Shown here one piece after another: positions 30,054 to 40,865 of a DNA stretch of 64,000 nucleotides (positions are counted from its first letter, which is position 1; the number at the start of each line of letters is the position of its first letter). This stretch comes from an uncultured Thiomicrospira sp. (GTDB taxonomy: Bacteria > Pseudomonadota > Gammaproteobacteria > CAKMZV01), in the NCBI GenBank assembly GCA_965195345.1, contig OZ239628.1, positions 1,312,001 through 1,376,000 of the forward strand. Direction: 5' to 3'. The notes under the pieces were generated by a model, which was given only the letters and a program-made list of their open reading frames with translations, was not told where the DNA came from and made no database searches. Position numbers and translations under genes: made by a program.

Positions 30054-31397
30054 GTGTCCTCATTAAACTACGATGTAGTAATCATTGGTGCTGGGGTAAC
30101 CGGCACTTCATTATTTTACTTACTTAATCAATTCAGCGATGTTACGTCCAGCTGTTTGATTGAAAAAAATCATGGTGTAGCCGAACTTAACTCAAGTTCA
30201 AAAGCAAATTCTCAAACGTTACATTTGGGTGAAATTGAATCTAATTATTCTCTTGAAAAAGCCAAGAAAGTCAAGTTGCAAGGCAATATGATTAGAAACT
30301 ATGCGCTTAAGCAAACCAATCGAGATGAAATCATTCACGCTTTACCTAAAATGTTGCTTGCAGTTGGTGAAAAAGAAATAGATTCTTTGCATGCTCGATA
30401 CGCTGAGTTTAAAGAATGCTATCCTGAAATTGAATGGTGGGATATTAATAAGATACATAAGTTTGAACCATTAATTGCTCAAGATGGTAATGGCAAAAAA
30501 CGTAAAGAACCTATTGCGGCTATTGGATGTGAGAAAGACTGGTGTGCGGTCAATTATTCTAAGCTGTGTGAATCCTTGCTCAACAATGCACTCGTCAACA
30601 AACCACAAGCGCACGTTTATTTTAATAGCAATGTTCATCGCATTCACAAAACCGAGTGCGGATATACCATTGAAGTTATTCGTAATGGCAACGTACTGCA
30701 AGAAATTAAAACGAAGTTTCTCGTCGTAGCTGCTGGAGCTTACAGCTTGCTATTTGCTCATCGGCTTGGTTACGGCAAACACCTTTCCACCATATCCGTA
30801 GGCGGCAGCTTTTATTTTTGCGACTTCCCTTTAAAGGGCAAGGTTTACACTATGCAGAACCCACAACTTCCATTTGCCGCAATACATGGTGACCCTGATA
30901 TCGCTGTTGATAAAACACGTATTGGACCAACCGCCGTATTTATGATGCAATTGGAGCGTTATCGTAAAGGAACTGTGAAAGATTTTTTCGAATTGATAAA
31001 GTTTGATAAAGGAATGCTGAAAGCAATTTGGAAAATCTTCAAAGAACCAGGTGTTAGAACGTATTTATTGTTAAATGTGTTGTATGAAATACCTTTTGTT
31101 CGAGAGTATCTTTTCGCCAAAAGTGCCCAAAAAATATTCCCATCTTTGACCAGTGAAAATATAACTTTTGCACAAGGTTTTGGAGGTAATCGCCCTCAAG
31201 TTATTGACCGTGCCAATGGCAATGTTATAATGGGCTCAGTTGCAGTAGCAGGTGATCGATCTTTGTTTAACATCACCCCCTCCTATGGAGCAACTGCCTG
31301 CTTAGCAAATGCAAGAGATAATCTTAGTACCATTGCTGAAAAATTAAACTTGACTATTAGCGAAGATAAAATAACTGAAGTTCTTGATTATGACTAA
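30054..31397 (+). CDS. mqo: FAD-dependent oxidoreductase, probable Helicobacter/Campylobacter-type malate:quinone oxidoreductase
   Basis: VIIGAGVTG, NSQTLHLGEIESNYSLEKAKKVK, GKVYTMQNPQLPFAAIHGDPDI, GFGGNRPQ, FNITPSYGAT; overlaps sdhC. Confidence 0.75.
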   Translation: MSSLNYDVVIIGAGVTGTSLFYLLNQFSDVTSSCLIEKNHGVAELNSSSKANSQTLHLGEIESNYSLEKAKKVKLQGNMIRNYALKQTNRDEIIHALPKMLLAVGEKEIDSLHARYAEFKECYPEIEWWDINKIHKFEPLIAQDGNGKKRKEPIAAIGCEKDWCAVNYSKLCESLLNNALVNKPQAHVYFNSNVHRIHKTECGYTIEVIRNGNVLQEIKTKFLVVAAGAYSLLFAHRLGYGKHLSTISVGGSFYFCDFPLKGKVYTMQNPQLPFAAIHGDPDIAVDKTRIGPTAVFMMQLERYRKGTVKDFFELIKFDKGMLKAIWKIFKEPGVRTYLLLNVLYEIPFVREYLFAKSAQKIFPSLTSENITFAQGFGGNRPQVIDRANGNVIMGSVAVAGDRSLFNITPSYGATACLANARDNLSTIAEKLNLTISEDKITEVLDYD

Positions 31398-31764
31398 ACG
31401 ACCGATTGTTACCTCGCCTCATTTGCAAATCTACAAGCCACAGCTCACTTCGATGTTATCGATATCACATCGCATATCGGGTATGATTTTGTTTTTGGGT
31501 TTTGTATTGCTTGCATTATCGATGAGCTTTGCAATTCTCCATCCCGTCGCCTACGATGCACTGGCTTCGTCTTTACTTTCATGGATAATTTATTTTGCTA
31601 TTTTTGCAGTAAGTGCTGCTTGGATATTCCATTTTTTAGCCGGAATTCGCCATCTTGCATGGGATAAACTGATAGGGTTAGAGCTCAGACATGCATATTG
31701 CAGTGGATACGCCGTCATTGCTATATGGGCAATAACTCTAATAGCCGTTTGGGTAATATTATGA
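31390..31764 (+). CDS. sdhC: Succinate dehydrogenase cytochrome b556 subunit
   Basis: SPHLQIYKPQLTSMLSISHRISG, FHFLAGIRHLAWD; three TM helices. Confidence 0.95.
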   Translation: MTKRPIVTSPHLQIYKPQLTSMLSISHRISGMILFLGFVLLALSMSFAILHPVAYDALASSLLSWIIYFAIFAVSAAWIFHFLAGIRHLAWDKLIGLELRHAYCSGYAVIAIWAITLIAVWVIL

Positions 31765-32084
31765 CTCCTGCTAAGCATTGGAAAATTCAAGGTTACAGCG
31801 CTTATGCCCTTATTCCACTTAGTTTGTGGCTGTTCATCAGTTTATTTAATCTAGCAGCTTATGAAGCCTATGTCCTTTTGACTTGGATTAGCCAACCCTT
31901 CAATGCCATCTTTTTTGTGCTAACTATATCGATTGGTTTTTATCACGGAAAATTAGGTGTTGATGTGATTCTTGAAGATTACATTCCAAACCCAAAGTCG
32001 AGAGCCTTCTTTGAGAAAACAATCTCTGCCCTACTATTATTTATTTGGGTGGTGATGGTATATTCTATTATTCAAACTTTCTAA
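31761..32084 (+). CDS. sdhD: Succinate dehydrogenase membrane anchor subunit
   Basis: HWKIQ...[23 protein letters not shown]; ATGA overlap with sdhC. Confidence 0.93.
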   Translation: MTPAKHWKIQGYSAYALIPLSLWLFISLFNLAAYEAYVLLTWISQPFNAIFFVLTISIGFYHGKLGVDVILEDYIPNPKSRAFFEKTISALLLFIWVVMVYSIIQTF

Positions 32085-32091
32085 CTACATT

Positions 32092-33882
32092 ATGAGCACA
32101 TACGAGTATACCGAACACGAATACGATGTCGTCGTTATTGGGGCTGGCGGAGCAGGATTGCGCGCAACTATGGGCGTAGCAGAAAAAGGTTTTAAGACTG
32201 CTTGCATTTCAAAGTTATTCCCTACTCGATCACATACCGTCGCGGCTCAAGGGGGCATTTCAGCAGCACTCAGCAATGTTGAAGATGACAAATGGCAGTA
32301 CCATATGTACGATACTGTTAAAGGATCTGATTGGTTGGGCGATCAAGACGCCATAGAATTTATGTGTCGAAATGCTCCTCGAGCTGTCTATGAACTTGAG
32401 CATTATGGCGTTCCTTTTTCCCGCACCGAAGAAGGGAAAATTTATCAACGTGCTTTTGGTGGGATGAGTACAAACTACGGAGAAAAACAAGCACACCGCA
32501 CTTGCGCAGCTGCAGATCGAACAGGTCATGCTATCCTCCATGCTCTTTATCAACAATCTCTGCGTTTTAAAGCGGAATTTTTTATCGAACATTTTGCTAT
32601 TGATCTATTAATGGACGAAACAGGAAGCTGTAGAGGTGTAGTAAGTACTAGTTTAATGGATGGAAGTATTCACGTATTTAAATGTCAACAAGTAATTCTC
32701 GCTACAGGTGGTTACGGACGCAGTTACTTTTCGTGCACATCGGCACATTCTTGTACTGGCGATGGTGCTGGCATGGTCGCTCGCGCAGGACTTCCGTTGC
32801 AAGATATGGAATTTGTTCAGTTTCATCCTACTGGCATTTACGGCTGTGGAGTACTCGTTAGCGAAGCCGTTCGAGGTGAAGGGGGCTATCTTACCAACAG
32901 TGAAGGAGAACGTTTCATGGAACGCTATGCTCCAAGCGCTAAAGATCTTGCTTCACGTGACGTTGTTTCGCGCTCTATGACTCAGGAAATTATTGAAGGA
33001 CGCGGTGTAGGAGAAAAAGCAGACCACATGCACTTACACATACATCATCTTGATCACGATATTATTGAAGAGCGCCTTCCGGGCATTTCATCCCATGCTA
33101 AGGTTTTTGCAAATGTTGATGTGACCAAAGAACCAATACCTGTGCTACCAACCGTTCATTACAATATGGGTGGTATTCCTACTAACATCCATTGTGAAGT
33201 TATTTCCATGCTTAATGGTGATGTCAATCAAACGGTCAAAGGGCTGATGGCGATTGGCGAAGCAGCTTGTGTATCAGTACACGGTGCTAACCGATTGGGA
33301 TCAAATTCCCTACTCGATCTTGTTGTTTTTGGACTAGCAGCGGCTGAGCGTTGTGCTGAAACGCTTAAAGCAGGTGAAAAACTGCCACCTATTGAGCACA
33401 AAAAAGTGGATGAAATTTTAAATCGCTTTGACCGTATACGCCATTCACAAGGATCAACTACTCCATCAGAAGTACGCTCTGCCATGCAAGATAATATGCA
33501 AAAACATGCGGCTGTATTTCGTCGACAAGACCTATTGGACACAGGCTATGAGAACATGCTTGACATCTATAAAAGTTTTACCAACATAGGCATACAAGAT
33601 CGCTCATTAATTTGGAATTCTGATTTGATTGAAGCGCTTGAACTTGAAAACTTACTACTTTCCGCGGTGGCAACTGTCGGATCAGCAAAAGTCCGCACAG
33701 AAAGTCGTGGAGCACACGCACGTGAAGACTTTACTGATCGTAATGATGCAGATTGGATGAAGCACTCGATGTGTTGGGTCGACTTGAATAATGGCAATAC
33801 GACACTAGACTATCATCCAGTTAGACTCGAAACACTCACCAATGAAGTTGAAACATTTCCACCCAAGAAAAGGGTTTATTAA
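32092..33882 (+). CDS. sdhA: Succinate dehydrogenase flavoprotein subunit
   Basis: [19 protein letters not shown] (FAD-linked His), [31 protein letters not shown]. Confidence 0.99.
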   Translation: MSTYEYTEHEYDVVVIGAGGAGLRATMGVAEKGFKTACISKLFPTRSHTVAAQGGISAALSNVEDDKWQYHMYDTVKGSDWLGDQDAIEFMCRNAPRAVYELEHYGVPFSRTEEGKIYQRAFGGMSTNYGEKQAHRTCAAADRTGHAILHALYQQSLRFKAEFFIEHFAIDLLMDETGSCRGVVSTSLMDGSIHVFKCQQVILATGGYGRSYFSCTSAHSCTGDGAGMVARAGLPLQDMEFVQFHPTGIYGCGVLVSEAVRGEGGYLTNSEGERFMERYAPSAKDLASRDVVSRSMTQEIIEGRGVGEKADHMHLHIHHLDHDIIEERLPGISSHAKVFANVDVTKEPIPVLPTVHYNMGGIPTNIHCEVISMLNGDVNQTVKGLMAIGEAACVSVHGANRLGSNSLLDLVVFGLAAAERCAETLKAGEKLPPIEHKKVDEILNRFDRIRHSQGSTTPSEVRSAMQDNMQKHAAVFRRQDLLDTGYENMLDIYKSFTNIGIQDRSLIWNSDLIEALELENLLLSAVATVGSAKVRTESRGAHAREDFTDRNDADWMKHSMCWVDLNNGNTTLDYHPVRLETLTNEVETFPPKKRVY

Positions 33883-33900
33883 AAACGAAAAGGCAGAACT

Positions 33901-34692
33901 ATGGCTGAATTTTTTCTCGATTCCTCTTCCGTTGTTACGCAAGGCAAGCATTTATACGCTGGTCAAAAAGATGAAATGCAAAACCCCAAAACCTTTGCTG
34001 TTTATCGCTTTGATCCCGATCATAATAAAAACCCGAATATAACGCGATACACTGTTGATCTCGAAAAAACAGGGTCAAAAGTACTTGATGCACTTATATG
34101 GATTAAAGATAATCTGGATTCTTCTTTAACTTTTAGACGTTCGTGTCGCGAAGGCGTTTGCGGTTCTTGTGCAATGAACATTGGTGGTGTAAACACACTT
34201 GCATGTACTCTTCCCATCACCGAAGTAAAAGGAGAGATTCGCTTGTATCCTTTACCACACATGCCTGTGGTAAAAGATCTTGTGACCGATCTTCAGTCAT
34301 TTTACGATCATTATGCAGAGATTGAACCGTGGTTGCAAGCTGGTGATCTTCCATCAGATGGAAAAGAACGTTTACAATCACCCGAAGATCGCAAAAAACT
34401 TGATGGGATGTACGAGTGCATTTTATGTGCTTGTTGCTCAACATCATGTCCATCTTATTGGTGGAACCCTGATAAGTATTTGGGACCAGCAGCTTTGTTG
34501 CAAGCACATCGGTTTGTAAAAGACAGTCGAGATAAAGAAAAAGTAAAACGACTTACTTACCTTAATGATAAATTTCGACTTTACCGCTGTCATACCATAA
34601 TGAATTGCACCAACACATGTCCTAAAGGGTTAAATCCTGCCAAAGCCATTGCTGAATTGAAGCATGAAGTTGCTCAACTTGGCAATTTGTAG
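33901..34692 (+). CDS. sdhB: Succinate dehydrogenase iron-sulfur subunit
   Basis: [46 protein letters not shown]. Confidence 0.99.
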   Translation: MAEFFLDSSSVVTQGKHLYAGQKDEMQNPKTFAVYRFDPDHNKNPNITRYTVDLEKTGSKVLDALIWIKDNLDSSLTFRRSCREGVCGSCAMNIGGVNTLACTLPITEVKGEIRLYPLPHMPVVKDLVTDLQSFYDHYAEIEPWLQAGDLPSDGKERLQSPEDRKKLDGMYECILCACCSTSCPSYWWNPDKYLGPAALLQAHRFVKDSRDKEKVKRLTYLNDKFRLYRCHTIMNCTNTCPKGLNPAKAIAELKHEVAQLGNL

Positions 34693-34748
34693 AATTATTA
34701 TGGCAACACTAGTCAATTCAAAATGAGTGATTTTCTTTTGAAGGTGAT

Positions 34749-35612
34749 GTGAATTATATAAAGCTGCTTTTATTAGCAGCCTTATGGGGGTCTTCTTTTT
34801 CTTTGATGAAAGTGAGTGTTCATGATTTCGATACCGCTCCACTCACCTTTCTTCGTGTTTTTATAGGCAGCCTTTTTCTATTACCTTTTGTTTTATATCG
34901 CAAAAATGTTGTAACGGACCCTAAAATCATATTGATAATCGCAGGTGTTGGATTACTAAGCTCAGCATTACCATTTGCTTTTCTCATACAAGCCAGTTAC
35001 TCTTTAAACTCTGGCTTGATCTCCATAATTAATGCAACAACTTTAGTATTTACTGCTTTCCTAGCGCACATTTGGTTAAAAGAAAAATTTACTATTGCTC
35101 AAAGCATTGGCTTAGTCGTTGCAATCGTCGGCTTGTATATACTCCTTTTTCATCGGATGTCATTCAAACCAGGTGGTGATGGATTTGCTATTGTTTTATG
35201 CCTTGCTGCCGCTCTAAGTTATGGCATCTCAAACTGTATCACCCGACGTTCGCTAAAAGGAATTGATCCCTTTTTCTTGGGTTTTACATGTTTATTCGTC
35301 GCCTCCCTATCATTACTCCCATTTGCTTGGCACTATTGGCCAGAAAATGATTTAACTGCAACAGCATGGATTCCACCGCTTGTCCTTGGTTGTTTCACTA
35401 CTGGATTAGCTGCTGTAATTCACTTTAATCTCATAAAAAACATTGGACCAAGCAAAGCATCATCTGTCACGTTATTGATCCCTTTTTTCGGAGTTATTTG
35501 GGGGATGATTTTTTTACAAGAAGTTTTACTTTGGCAGTCCATTGTTGGAGGACTGATCATATTGATAGGCGCTGCAGTTATAAATCAACTTATTTTTGCA
35601 AATAATAAATAA
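34749..35612 (+). CDS. DMT/EamA family transporter
   Basis: LAALWGSSF, about 10 TM helices, two EamA repeats, GVIWGMIFLQE. Confidence 0.9.
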   Translation: MNYIKLLLLAALWGSSFSLMKVSVHDFDTAPLTFLRVFIGSLFLLPFVLYRKNVVTDPKIILIIAGVGLLSSALPFAFLIQASYSLNSGLISIINATTLVFTAFLAHIWLKEKFTIAQSIGLVVAIVGLYILLFHRMSFKPGGDGFAIVLCLAAALSYGISNCITRRSLKGIDPFFLGFTCLFVASLSLLPFAWHYWPENDLTATAWIPPLVLGCFTTGLAAVIHFNLIKNIGPSKASSVTLLIPFFGVIWGMIFLQEVLLWQSIVGGLIILIGAAVINQLIFANNK

Positions 35613-35689
35613 AGCAAAAACCACTGCCTACCAGTTCAATGTGTAGATATTCTCACACAATCAAGATTTATTCTAAATAATCTCGTCTG

Positions 35690-35783
35690 TGTTAGAATGC
35701 GCGTCTAATTTCCCTTGCTCTACAATAAAACCCTGCCTGCCTATGTAGGTAGCAATATTGAGGGCTTTTTAAACCATAAGGAG
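35690..35783 (+). promoter_or_regulatory. rpsF promoter and S6:S18-type ribosomal protein leader RNA
   Basis: Extended -10 TGtTAGAAT (35690-35698) with GCGCG discriminator; CCTT can pair with the AAGG of the RBS, GCTCT with AGGGC; unpaired CCA (35774-35776) just before TAAGGAG. Confidence 0.7.
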
Positions 35784-35790
35784 TACTACT

Positions 35791-36171
35791 ATGCGACATT
35801 ACGAGATTTTGTTCATGGTGCACCCAGATCATAGCGAGCAAGTCCCGCAAATGGTCACTCGTTATCAACAGATTTTCACATCTGTAGGTGGCAAAGTGCA
35901 TCGATTAGAAGACTGGGGACGCCGCCAGCTGGCCTACCCAATAGAAAAAAAACTACACAAAGCACACTACATCCTCATGAATGTAGAAGCCAACCAAGAA
36001 GCTATTGATAGCTTGCAATCTGCATTTCGTTTTAACGATGTTATCATTAGACATTTGATAATCCAGCGTACGCATGCAATCACAGAACCTTCAGTCATCA
36101 AAAACCCACGTCAAAGTAACGAAGACGCTGAAACCACAAAGAAAGAAGGAGCACGGAATGAACAGAGGTAA
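35791..36171 (+). CDS. rpsF: 30S ribosomal protein S6
   Basis: [41 protein letters not shown]. Confidence 0.99.
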   Translation: MRHYEILFMVHPDHSEQVPQMVTRYQQIFTSVGGKVHRLEDWGRRQLAYPIEKKLHKAHYILMNVEANQEAIDSLQSAFRFNDVIIRHLIIQRTHAITEPSVIKNPRQSNEDAETTKKEGARNEQR

Positions 36172-36385
36172 TAAACGTAGTAATTTGCGACATGACTCCA
36201 TTAATGAGCACGGTGCGGACTATAAAGATATTCAGTTGCTTAAAATGTTTTTAACTGAGACTGGCAAAATCGTTCCTGCACGAGTAACAGGTGTTACTGG
36301 CAAGCAGCAACGCCAACTAACACGTGCCATTAAACAAGCACGTCAGATGGCATTGTTATCTTATACGGATCAACACGCGATTTAA
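36158..36385 (+). CDS. rpsR: 30S ribosomal protein S18
   Basis: Start ATG 36158 after AAGGAG; [34 protein letters not shown]. Confidence 0.97.
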   Translation: MNRGNKRSNLRHDSINEHGADYKDIQLLKMFLTETGKIVPARVTGVTGKQQRQLTRAIKQARQMALLSYTDQHAI

Positions 36386-36387
36386 CA

Positions 36388-37278
36388 ATGTTCAACTCCA
36401 TAGCACGACACACAATGGCTTCGCGTAGTAAAGCGTTTGTCATTGTGTGCTTGTTTGCTGTGTTGACTTTGTTTATCAAACCGTTAGGAATAATCGCAGG
36501 AGGCATCATTGCTTTAGCAACCTTTGCTATTAATCTCAATGCTGCCCTCATGCTTTCCTTCGCGTCAAGTGCCGCTGTTGGGTTCGCAAGCTTCTGGCTA
36601 ATAGAATCAACGTTTATCCACACAGCCATTTATCTGAGTATGTTTGTCATACCTGTAATTGTTGCATCGGTCCTTGTGCGATCTGGGTTATCACTGGATA
36701 AAGCGAGTCTGTCTATCGCTGGATGGATAATTGCACTTACTGTTTTAGCACAATTTTTATTGGGTGGTAGTCTTAGTGATTTTTGGCAAGTTAGACTTGA
36801 AGCGTTAATCTCACAGCTACAAGTTCCGTTGAGTGTAGAACAAATCGGAACATTATCGTTAACGCTTACTCCAATTTTGGGAGCTATGGCCTTCCTTTCA
36901 GCATTGTTAAGCTTTTTCTTGGGTTATCATTGGAAATCAGTTTTATCTGAAGAAGAAAGTTTTTCTACGCTATTTCGAAACATAAGCTTCGGTTCAAATG
37001 CGGCCATCGTTATGACCATTATTTTGGGGTTGGCATTTATAAATAATAATCTTGCATTTAACATCAGTGGTATCATTGGCGCTGTTTGTTTGGTACAAGG
37101 CATTGCTATCTTGCACTTTATAATGCATGTGCGCAAATGGAATCGTATTTGGTTATTTATCTTTTATTTTTTAGTGCTACTCATACCTGAAGCAATGTTG
37201 CTGTTGGCTTCATTGGGCTTAGTGGATAACTGGATAAATTTTAGAAAAAAGATAACACCAGCAATTACCCCAAAATAG
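36388..37278 (+). CDS. Multi-pass membrane protein (DUF2232/YybS-like)
   Basis: Very hydrophobic; QGIAILH and LGLVDNWINFR motifs; sits between rpsR and rplI, as in Pseudomonas-like genomes. Confidence 0.8.
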   Translation: MFNSIARHTMASRSKAFVIVCLFAVLTLFIKPLGIIAGGIIALATFAINLNAALMLSFASSAAVGFASFWLIESTFIHTAIYLSMFVIPVIVASVLVRSGLSLDKASLSIAGWIIALTVLAQFLLGGSLSDFWQVRLEALISQLQVPLSVEQIGTLSLTLTPILGAMAFLSALLSFFLGYHWKSVLSEEESFSTLFRNISFGSNAAIVMTIILGLAFINNNLAFNISGIIGAVCLVQGIAILHFIMHVRKWNRIWLFIFYFLVLLIPEAMLLLASLGLVDNWINFRKKITPAITPK

Positions 37279-37304
37279 TTATTAAATTTATTAGAGGATT
37301 TAGA

Positions 37305-37757
37305 ATGAAAATCATATTGTTAGAAAAAATAAAAAACCTTGGAAATCTCGGAGAAGTTGTAGAGGTTAAGCCCGGCTATGCTCGCAATTTTCTATTACCT
37401 AGTGGCAAAGCACAATCAGCCACTGAAAAAAACATCAAATCGGTAGAAGCTCGTAAAGCGGAACTTGCAGAAAAAGCCAATGACCAATTGGTGAAAGCTC
37501 AGATTATTGCCGATAAAGTTAATGGTTCTACAATAACCATCTTTAAGAAAGAATCTGGTGAAGGGAAAATTTTTGGTTCTGTGGCAAACACGGACATTCT
37601 TGAAGCTTTATCCACTGAGGGACACGAAATTGATAAACGTCAAATTCAATTAGACGCTTCTATACGTGCCTTGGGTGAATATAAAGTACGCTTATTATTG
37701 CATACTGATTTGACAGCTGAAATCAACGTAGTTGTTAGTGCTGAAAAAGAAGTGTAA
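37305..37757 (+). CDS. rplI: 50S ribosomal protein L9
   Basis: MKIILLEKIKNLGNLG, VKPGYARNFLLP, GKIFGSV, IRALGEY. Confidence 0.99.
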   Translation: MKIILLEKIKNLGNLGEVVEVKPGYARNFLLPSGKAQSATEKNIKSVEARKAELAEKANDQLVKAQIIADKVNGSTITIFKKESGEGKIFGSVANTDILEALSTEGHEIDKRQIQLDASIRALGEYKVRLLLHTDLTAEINVVVSAEKEV

Positions 37758-37782
37758 CACCTCGTTTATAAGATGAGGAGTC

Positions 37783-39207
37783 ATGGATTCAATCGATAAA
37801 GCCAGAGTTCCTCCGCATTCCATCGAAGCAGAACAATCCGTTATCGGTGGGATGCTCATTGATAATTCATCAGCCGATAGTGTCATTGGCTTCATCAATG
37901 CCGATAGTTTCTACCGTCGAGATCATCAACTGATTTTTAATGCTATTATTACGCTGGTATCTTCACAGCAAGCCGTAGACATAATCACATTAAGCGAATA
38001 TCTCGACCGTCAAAACATACTTGAACAAACTGGAGGCACCGCCTATCTTGCCGAGCTAAGTCACAATACACCTACTGCTGCCAATATTTTACGCTATGCA
38101 AGCATTGTTCGCGAACGATCACTTATGCGCGAGCTTATTAACGTCGGCACAGAGATTGCTAAATTAGGTTTTGAACCAGGCGAATTAGATTCAAGAGAGC
38201 TTACTGAAAAATCAGAGCAAATGGTTTTTCAATTAGCTGAACAGCAAATAAAGACCAGTAGTTTTCGCAATATGAAGGTTGTCCTCGACTCTTTGACCGA
38301 TACTCTTGAAGAACTTAGTAAAATTGAAGGAAATATAACAGGCGTACCTACAGGACTTATAGAGCTGGATAATATGACAGCAGGGCTACAAAAAGGCGAC
38401 CTTATTATTCTTGCAGGTCGCCCATCCATGGGTAAAACAACGTTGGCTATGAATGTTGTTGAATATGCCGCACGCTTTCATACAGTTGTGCTTGATGGTG
38501 AGAAAGCCGAACCAACATCTGCTGCTGTAGGCGTTTTCAGCATGGAAATGGATGCCGAGCAATTAGCGATGCGCTTAGTTTCTTCTATGGGATTGATACC
38601 TCTTAAGAACATTCGTTCTGGAAAAATTGATAATAAAGAATTTACGGATTATTTCAAAGCGGCAGGCACACTGAAAAAGACTCAAATTTTTATTGATGAT
38701 TCTTCGGGTTTAACTGCTTTTGAACTACGCGCACGCGCGCGCCGCCTTAAACGTGACAATCCAAACTTATCGCTTATCGTGGTTGATTACTTACAGCTCC
38801 TAAACAGCGCATCCTCTCGGGAAGAAAATAGGGCAACAGAAATAACCCAAATTTCTCGTTTACTTAAAGAAATGGCACGTGAATTAAATATTCCTGTAGT
38901 CGTATTGTCCCAGCTCAATCGTAGTGTTGAAAAACGTACTGATCGTCGCCCTATCATGTCTGATTTGCGTGAGTCAGGCTCTATTGAACAAGATGCAGAT
39001 GTTATTATGTTTGTGCATCGTGAAGAGGTATATGAACCCAAAAAAGAAGAGTTAAAAGGAGAGGCACTACTCATTGTTGCAAAGCAAAGGAATGGAGAAA
39101 TCGGTGACTTGAGATTGCGATTTGAAGGCAAATTTACGCGTTTTGATAATCCATCGGTTGACGATGCTCCTTTTCCACAAACAAGGGAATACTTCCCTGA
39201 TTTATGA
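37783..39207 (+). CDS. dnaB: Replicative DNA helicase
   Basis: PPHSIEAEQSV, AGRPSMGKTT, FSMEM, VDYLQL, LSQLNR, SDLRESGSIEQDAD, AKQRNG; no intein. Confidence 0.99.
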   Translation: MDSIDKARVPPHSIEAEQSVIGGMLIDNSSADSVIGFINADSFYRRDHQLIFNAIITLVSSQQAVDIITLSEYLDRQNILEQTGGTAYLAELSHNTPTAANILRYASIVRERSLMRELINVGTEIAKLGFEPGELDSRELTEKSEQMVFQLAEQQIKTSSFRNMKVVLDSLTDTLEELSKIEGNITGVPTGLIELDNMTAGLQKGDLIILAGRPSMGKTTLAMNVVEYAARFHTVVLDGEKAEPTSAAVGVFSMEMDAEQLAMRLVSSMGLIPLKNIRSGKIDNKEFTDYFKAAGTLKKTQIFIDDSSGLTAFELRARARRLKRDNPNLSLIVVDYLQLLNSASSREENRATEITQISRLLKEMARELNIPVVVLSQLNRSVEKRTDRRPIMSDLRESGSIEQDADVIMFVHREEVYEPKKEELKGEALLIVAKQRNGEIGDLRLRFEGKFTRFDNPSVDDAPFPQTREYFPDL

Positions 39208-39213
39208 TAAAAA

Positions 39214-40269
39214 ATGTCAATGTCGCAATTGAAAATCAATACTGCTGGGATCGTATACAACTATAAATTAGCCAAAAAATTTCATAATAACCAGCATGTT
39301 TATGCTGTCATTAAATCCAATGCATACGGGCATGGTTTACTTGAAATAGCAAATACTCTCAGAAAAGCCGATGGTCTTGCTGTGGCTCATATAGAAGAAG
39401 CCATAGCACTACGAAATAATAATTCTAAAATACCCATTGTTTTAATGCATGGCGTTCTCCAAGAAGATGAATGGGCAATTATTGATGAATTTCGATTAGA
39501 TTGTGTTATTCATAGTCAATGGCAATTTGAATGGATGGAAAAGCACCAATTCAAAAAGAAACCACGTTTGTGGTTGAAATCGAATACCGGCATGAATCGT
39601 CTCGGATTAGATTCAAAAAGCATTGTTACAATATTCAAAAAAACTGCGGATTTCCCACGTTTGATAATGAATCACTATGCGTGTGCAGATGACCCAGAAA
39701 ATCCTATGAATCATAACCAAGCGAATAAAATTAAAGCGATTGAAAAGCAATGCGACTATCCTTTAACATCATTTGCTAACTCTGCAACTGTCATTGCAAA
39801 TAAAAATCCGCTAGGTGATATCGCACGAGTTGGTATTATGCTATTTGGTCACAATCCTATACGAAATCATGTGCAATTAGCCAATGTCTCAACTTTTGAA
39901 GCACCCGTCATTGCAATACAAACAATAGAAAAAAATGATCGGGTTGGCTACGGTTCTTTGTGGAAAAATGATGAAAAAGGATATCTCGCCATCATACGTG
40001 CAGGCTACGCCGATGGCTATCCACAAACAATGCCTTCTGGAACTCCCGTATTCTGTAAAAACAAAAAGCATTTCATTGCAGGACGCACATCGATGGATTT
40101 AATAGCCATTTATCTTGGTCAAAATCAAACCAATGTTGATGTTGGAGATATGGTTGAACTTTGGGGAGAAAATATTCATATCGATGAAGCAGCTGACGCA
40201 GCGAACACTTCAGCTTATGAGTTATTTACTCGAATATCTCCAAGAGTCCAAAGGGTTTACTATTCTTGA
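39214..40269 (+). CDS. alr: Alanine racemase
   Basis: AVIKSNAYGHG (PLP lysine), NTGMNRLG, HYACAD, VGYG, GYADGY, GRTSMD; follows dnaB. Confidence 0.96.
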   Translation: MSMSQLKINTAGIVYNYKLAKKFHNNQHVYAVIKSNAYGHGLLEIANTLRKADGLAVAHIEEAIALRNNNSKIPIVLMHGVLQEDEWAIIDEFRLDCVIHSQWQFEWMEKHQFKKKPRLWLKSNTGMNRLGLDSKSIVTIFKKTADFPRLIMNHYACADDPENPMNHNQANKIKAIEKQCDYPLTSFANSATVIANKNPLGDIARVGIMLFGHNPIRNHVQLANVSTFEAPVIAIQTIEKNDRVGYGSLWKNDEKGYLAIIRAGYADGYPQTMPSGTPVFCKNKKHFIAGRTSMDLIAIYLGQNQTNVDVGDMVELWGENIHIDEAADAANTSAYELFTRISPRVQRVYYS

Positions 40270-40775
40270 TGCACGTGGTTATCAATTAAAAATTGTTTCA
40301 TTTGTTCCGATGTAAAGCGTTCCAAATAAATCACTGAATAACCCAATTCTATATAGTTTTTCCGCTCAGCGGGTGCCGACACTACTGTTTCCACATTTTC
40401 TTGATATTGAAATTCGTCAATGCCTTGCCAGTCAGAGGACACTGAACAAACATTTAAAGAAACGGATTTAAGCAAATTTTTTACTTTTTCCTTTAGTTTG
40501 GCATTTTCTGTCAATTGTTTAAGCTCACGCCCATGACTCAAGATAACCACATCAGAACCAGGAAATTTTTCTTTCAATGCAGTCACTTGATTTTCCACAT
40601 AAAAATACTTTTTAGTCCAAAAATCTGGATCATTGCTCTCAATATCTAAAATTATTCCATCAATATCCTCATTACTTTGCAATAATTCCACTACAGCAGG
40701 GTGTATATTAGAGGCATTGGCTGAAAAAACGAACATTGTCAGCACAAAAAATGTCTTGGTAAAAGTTTTTAACAT
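40260..40775 (-). CDS. Exported DsrE/DsrF-like protein
   Basis: Signal peptide (ANA-S) from ATG 40775; DVVILSHGRE, single Cys in LNVC, C-terminal APAE...LGYSVI typical of the DsrE-like fold. Confidence 0.65.
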   Translation of the reverse strand: MLKTFTKTFFVLTMFVFSANASNIHPAVVELLQSNEDIDGIILDIESNDPDFWTKKYFYVENQVTALKEKFPGSDVVILSHGRELKQLTENAKLKEKVKNLLKSVSLNVCSVSSDWQGIDEFQYQENVETVVSAPAERKNYIELGYSVIYLERFTSEQMKQFLIDNHVHQE

Positions 40776-40865
40776 CAGTCTTATATTTCGATTGTTGATT
40801 AGGATTATAAAAAAAACCATACGTACATTATTAATCATAATACGCTATTTACAAAAAAACAAGCA

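Noticed and set aside
35640-35658. CRP-like site TGTAG-N6-TCACA upstream of rpsF
   Set aside because: Imperfect match in AT-rich DNA; equally explained as a weak hairpin after the DMT gene.
37783-39207. Intein in dnaB
   Set aside because: Normal length; only a short loop insertion (HTVVLDGEKAEPTS) without splicing motifs.
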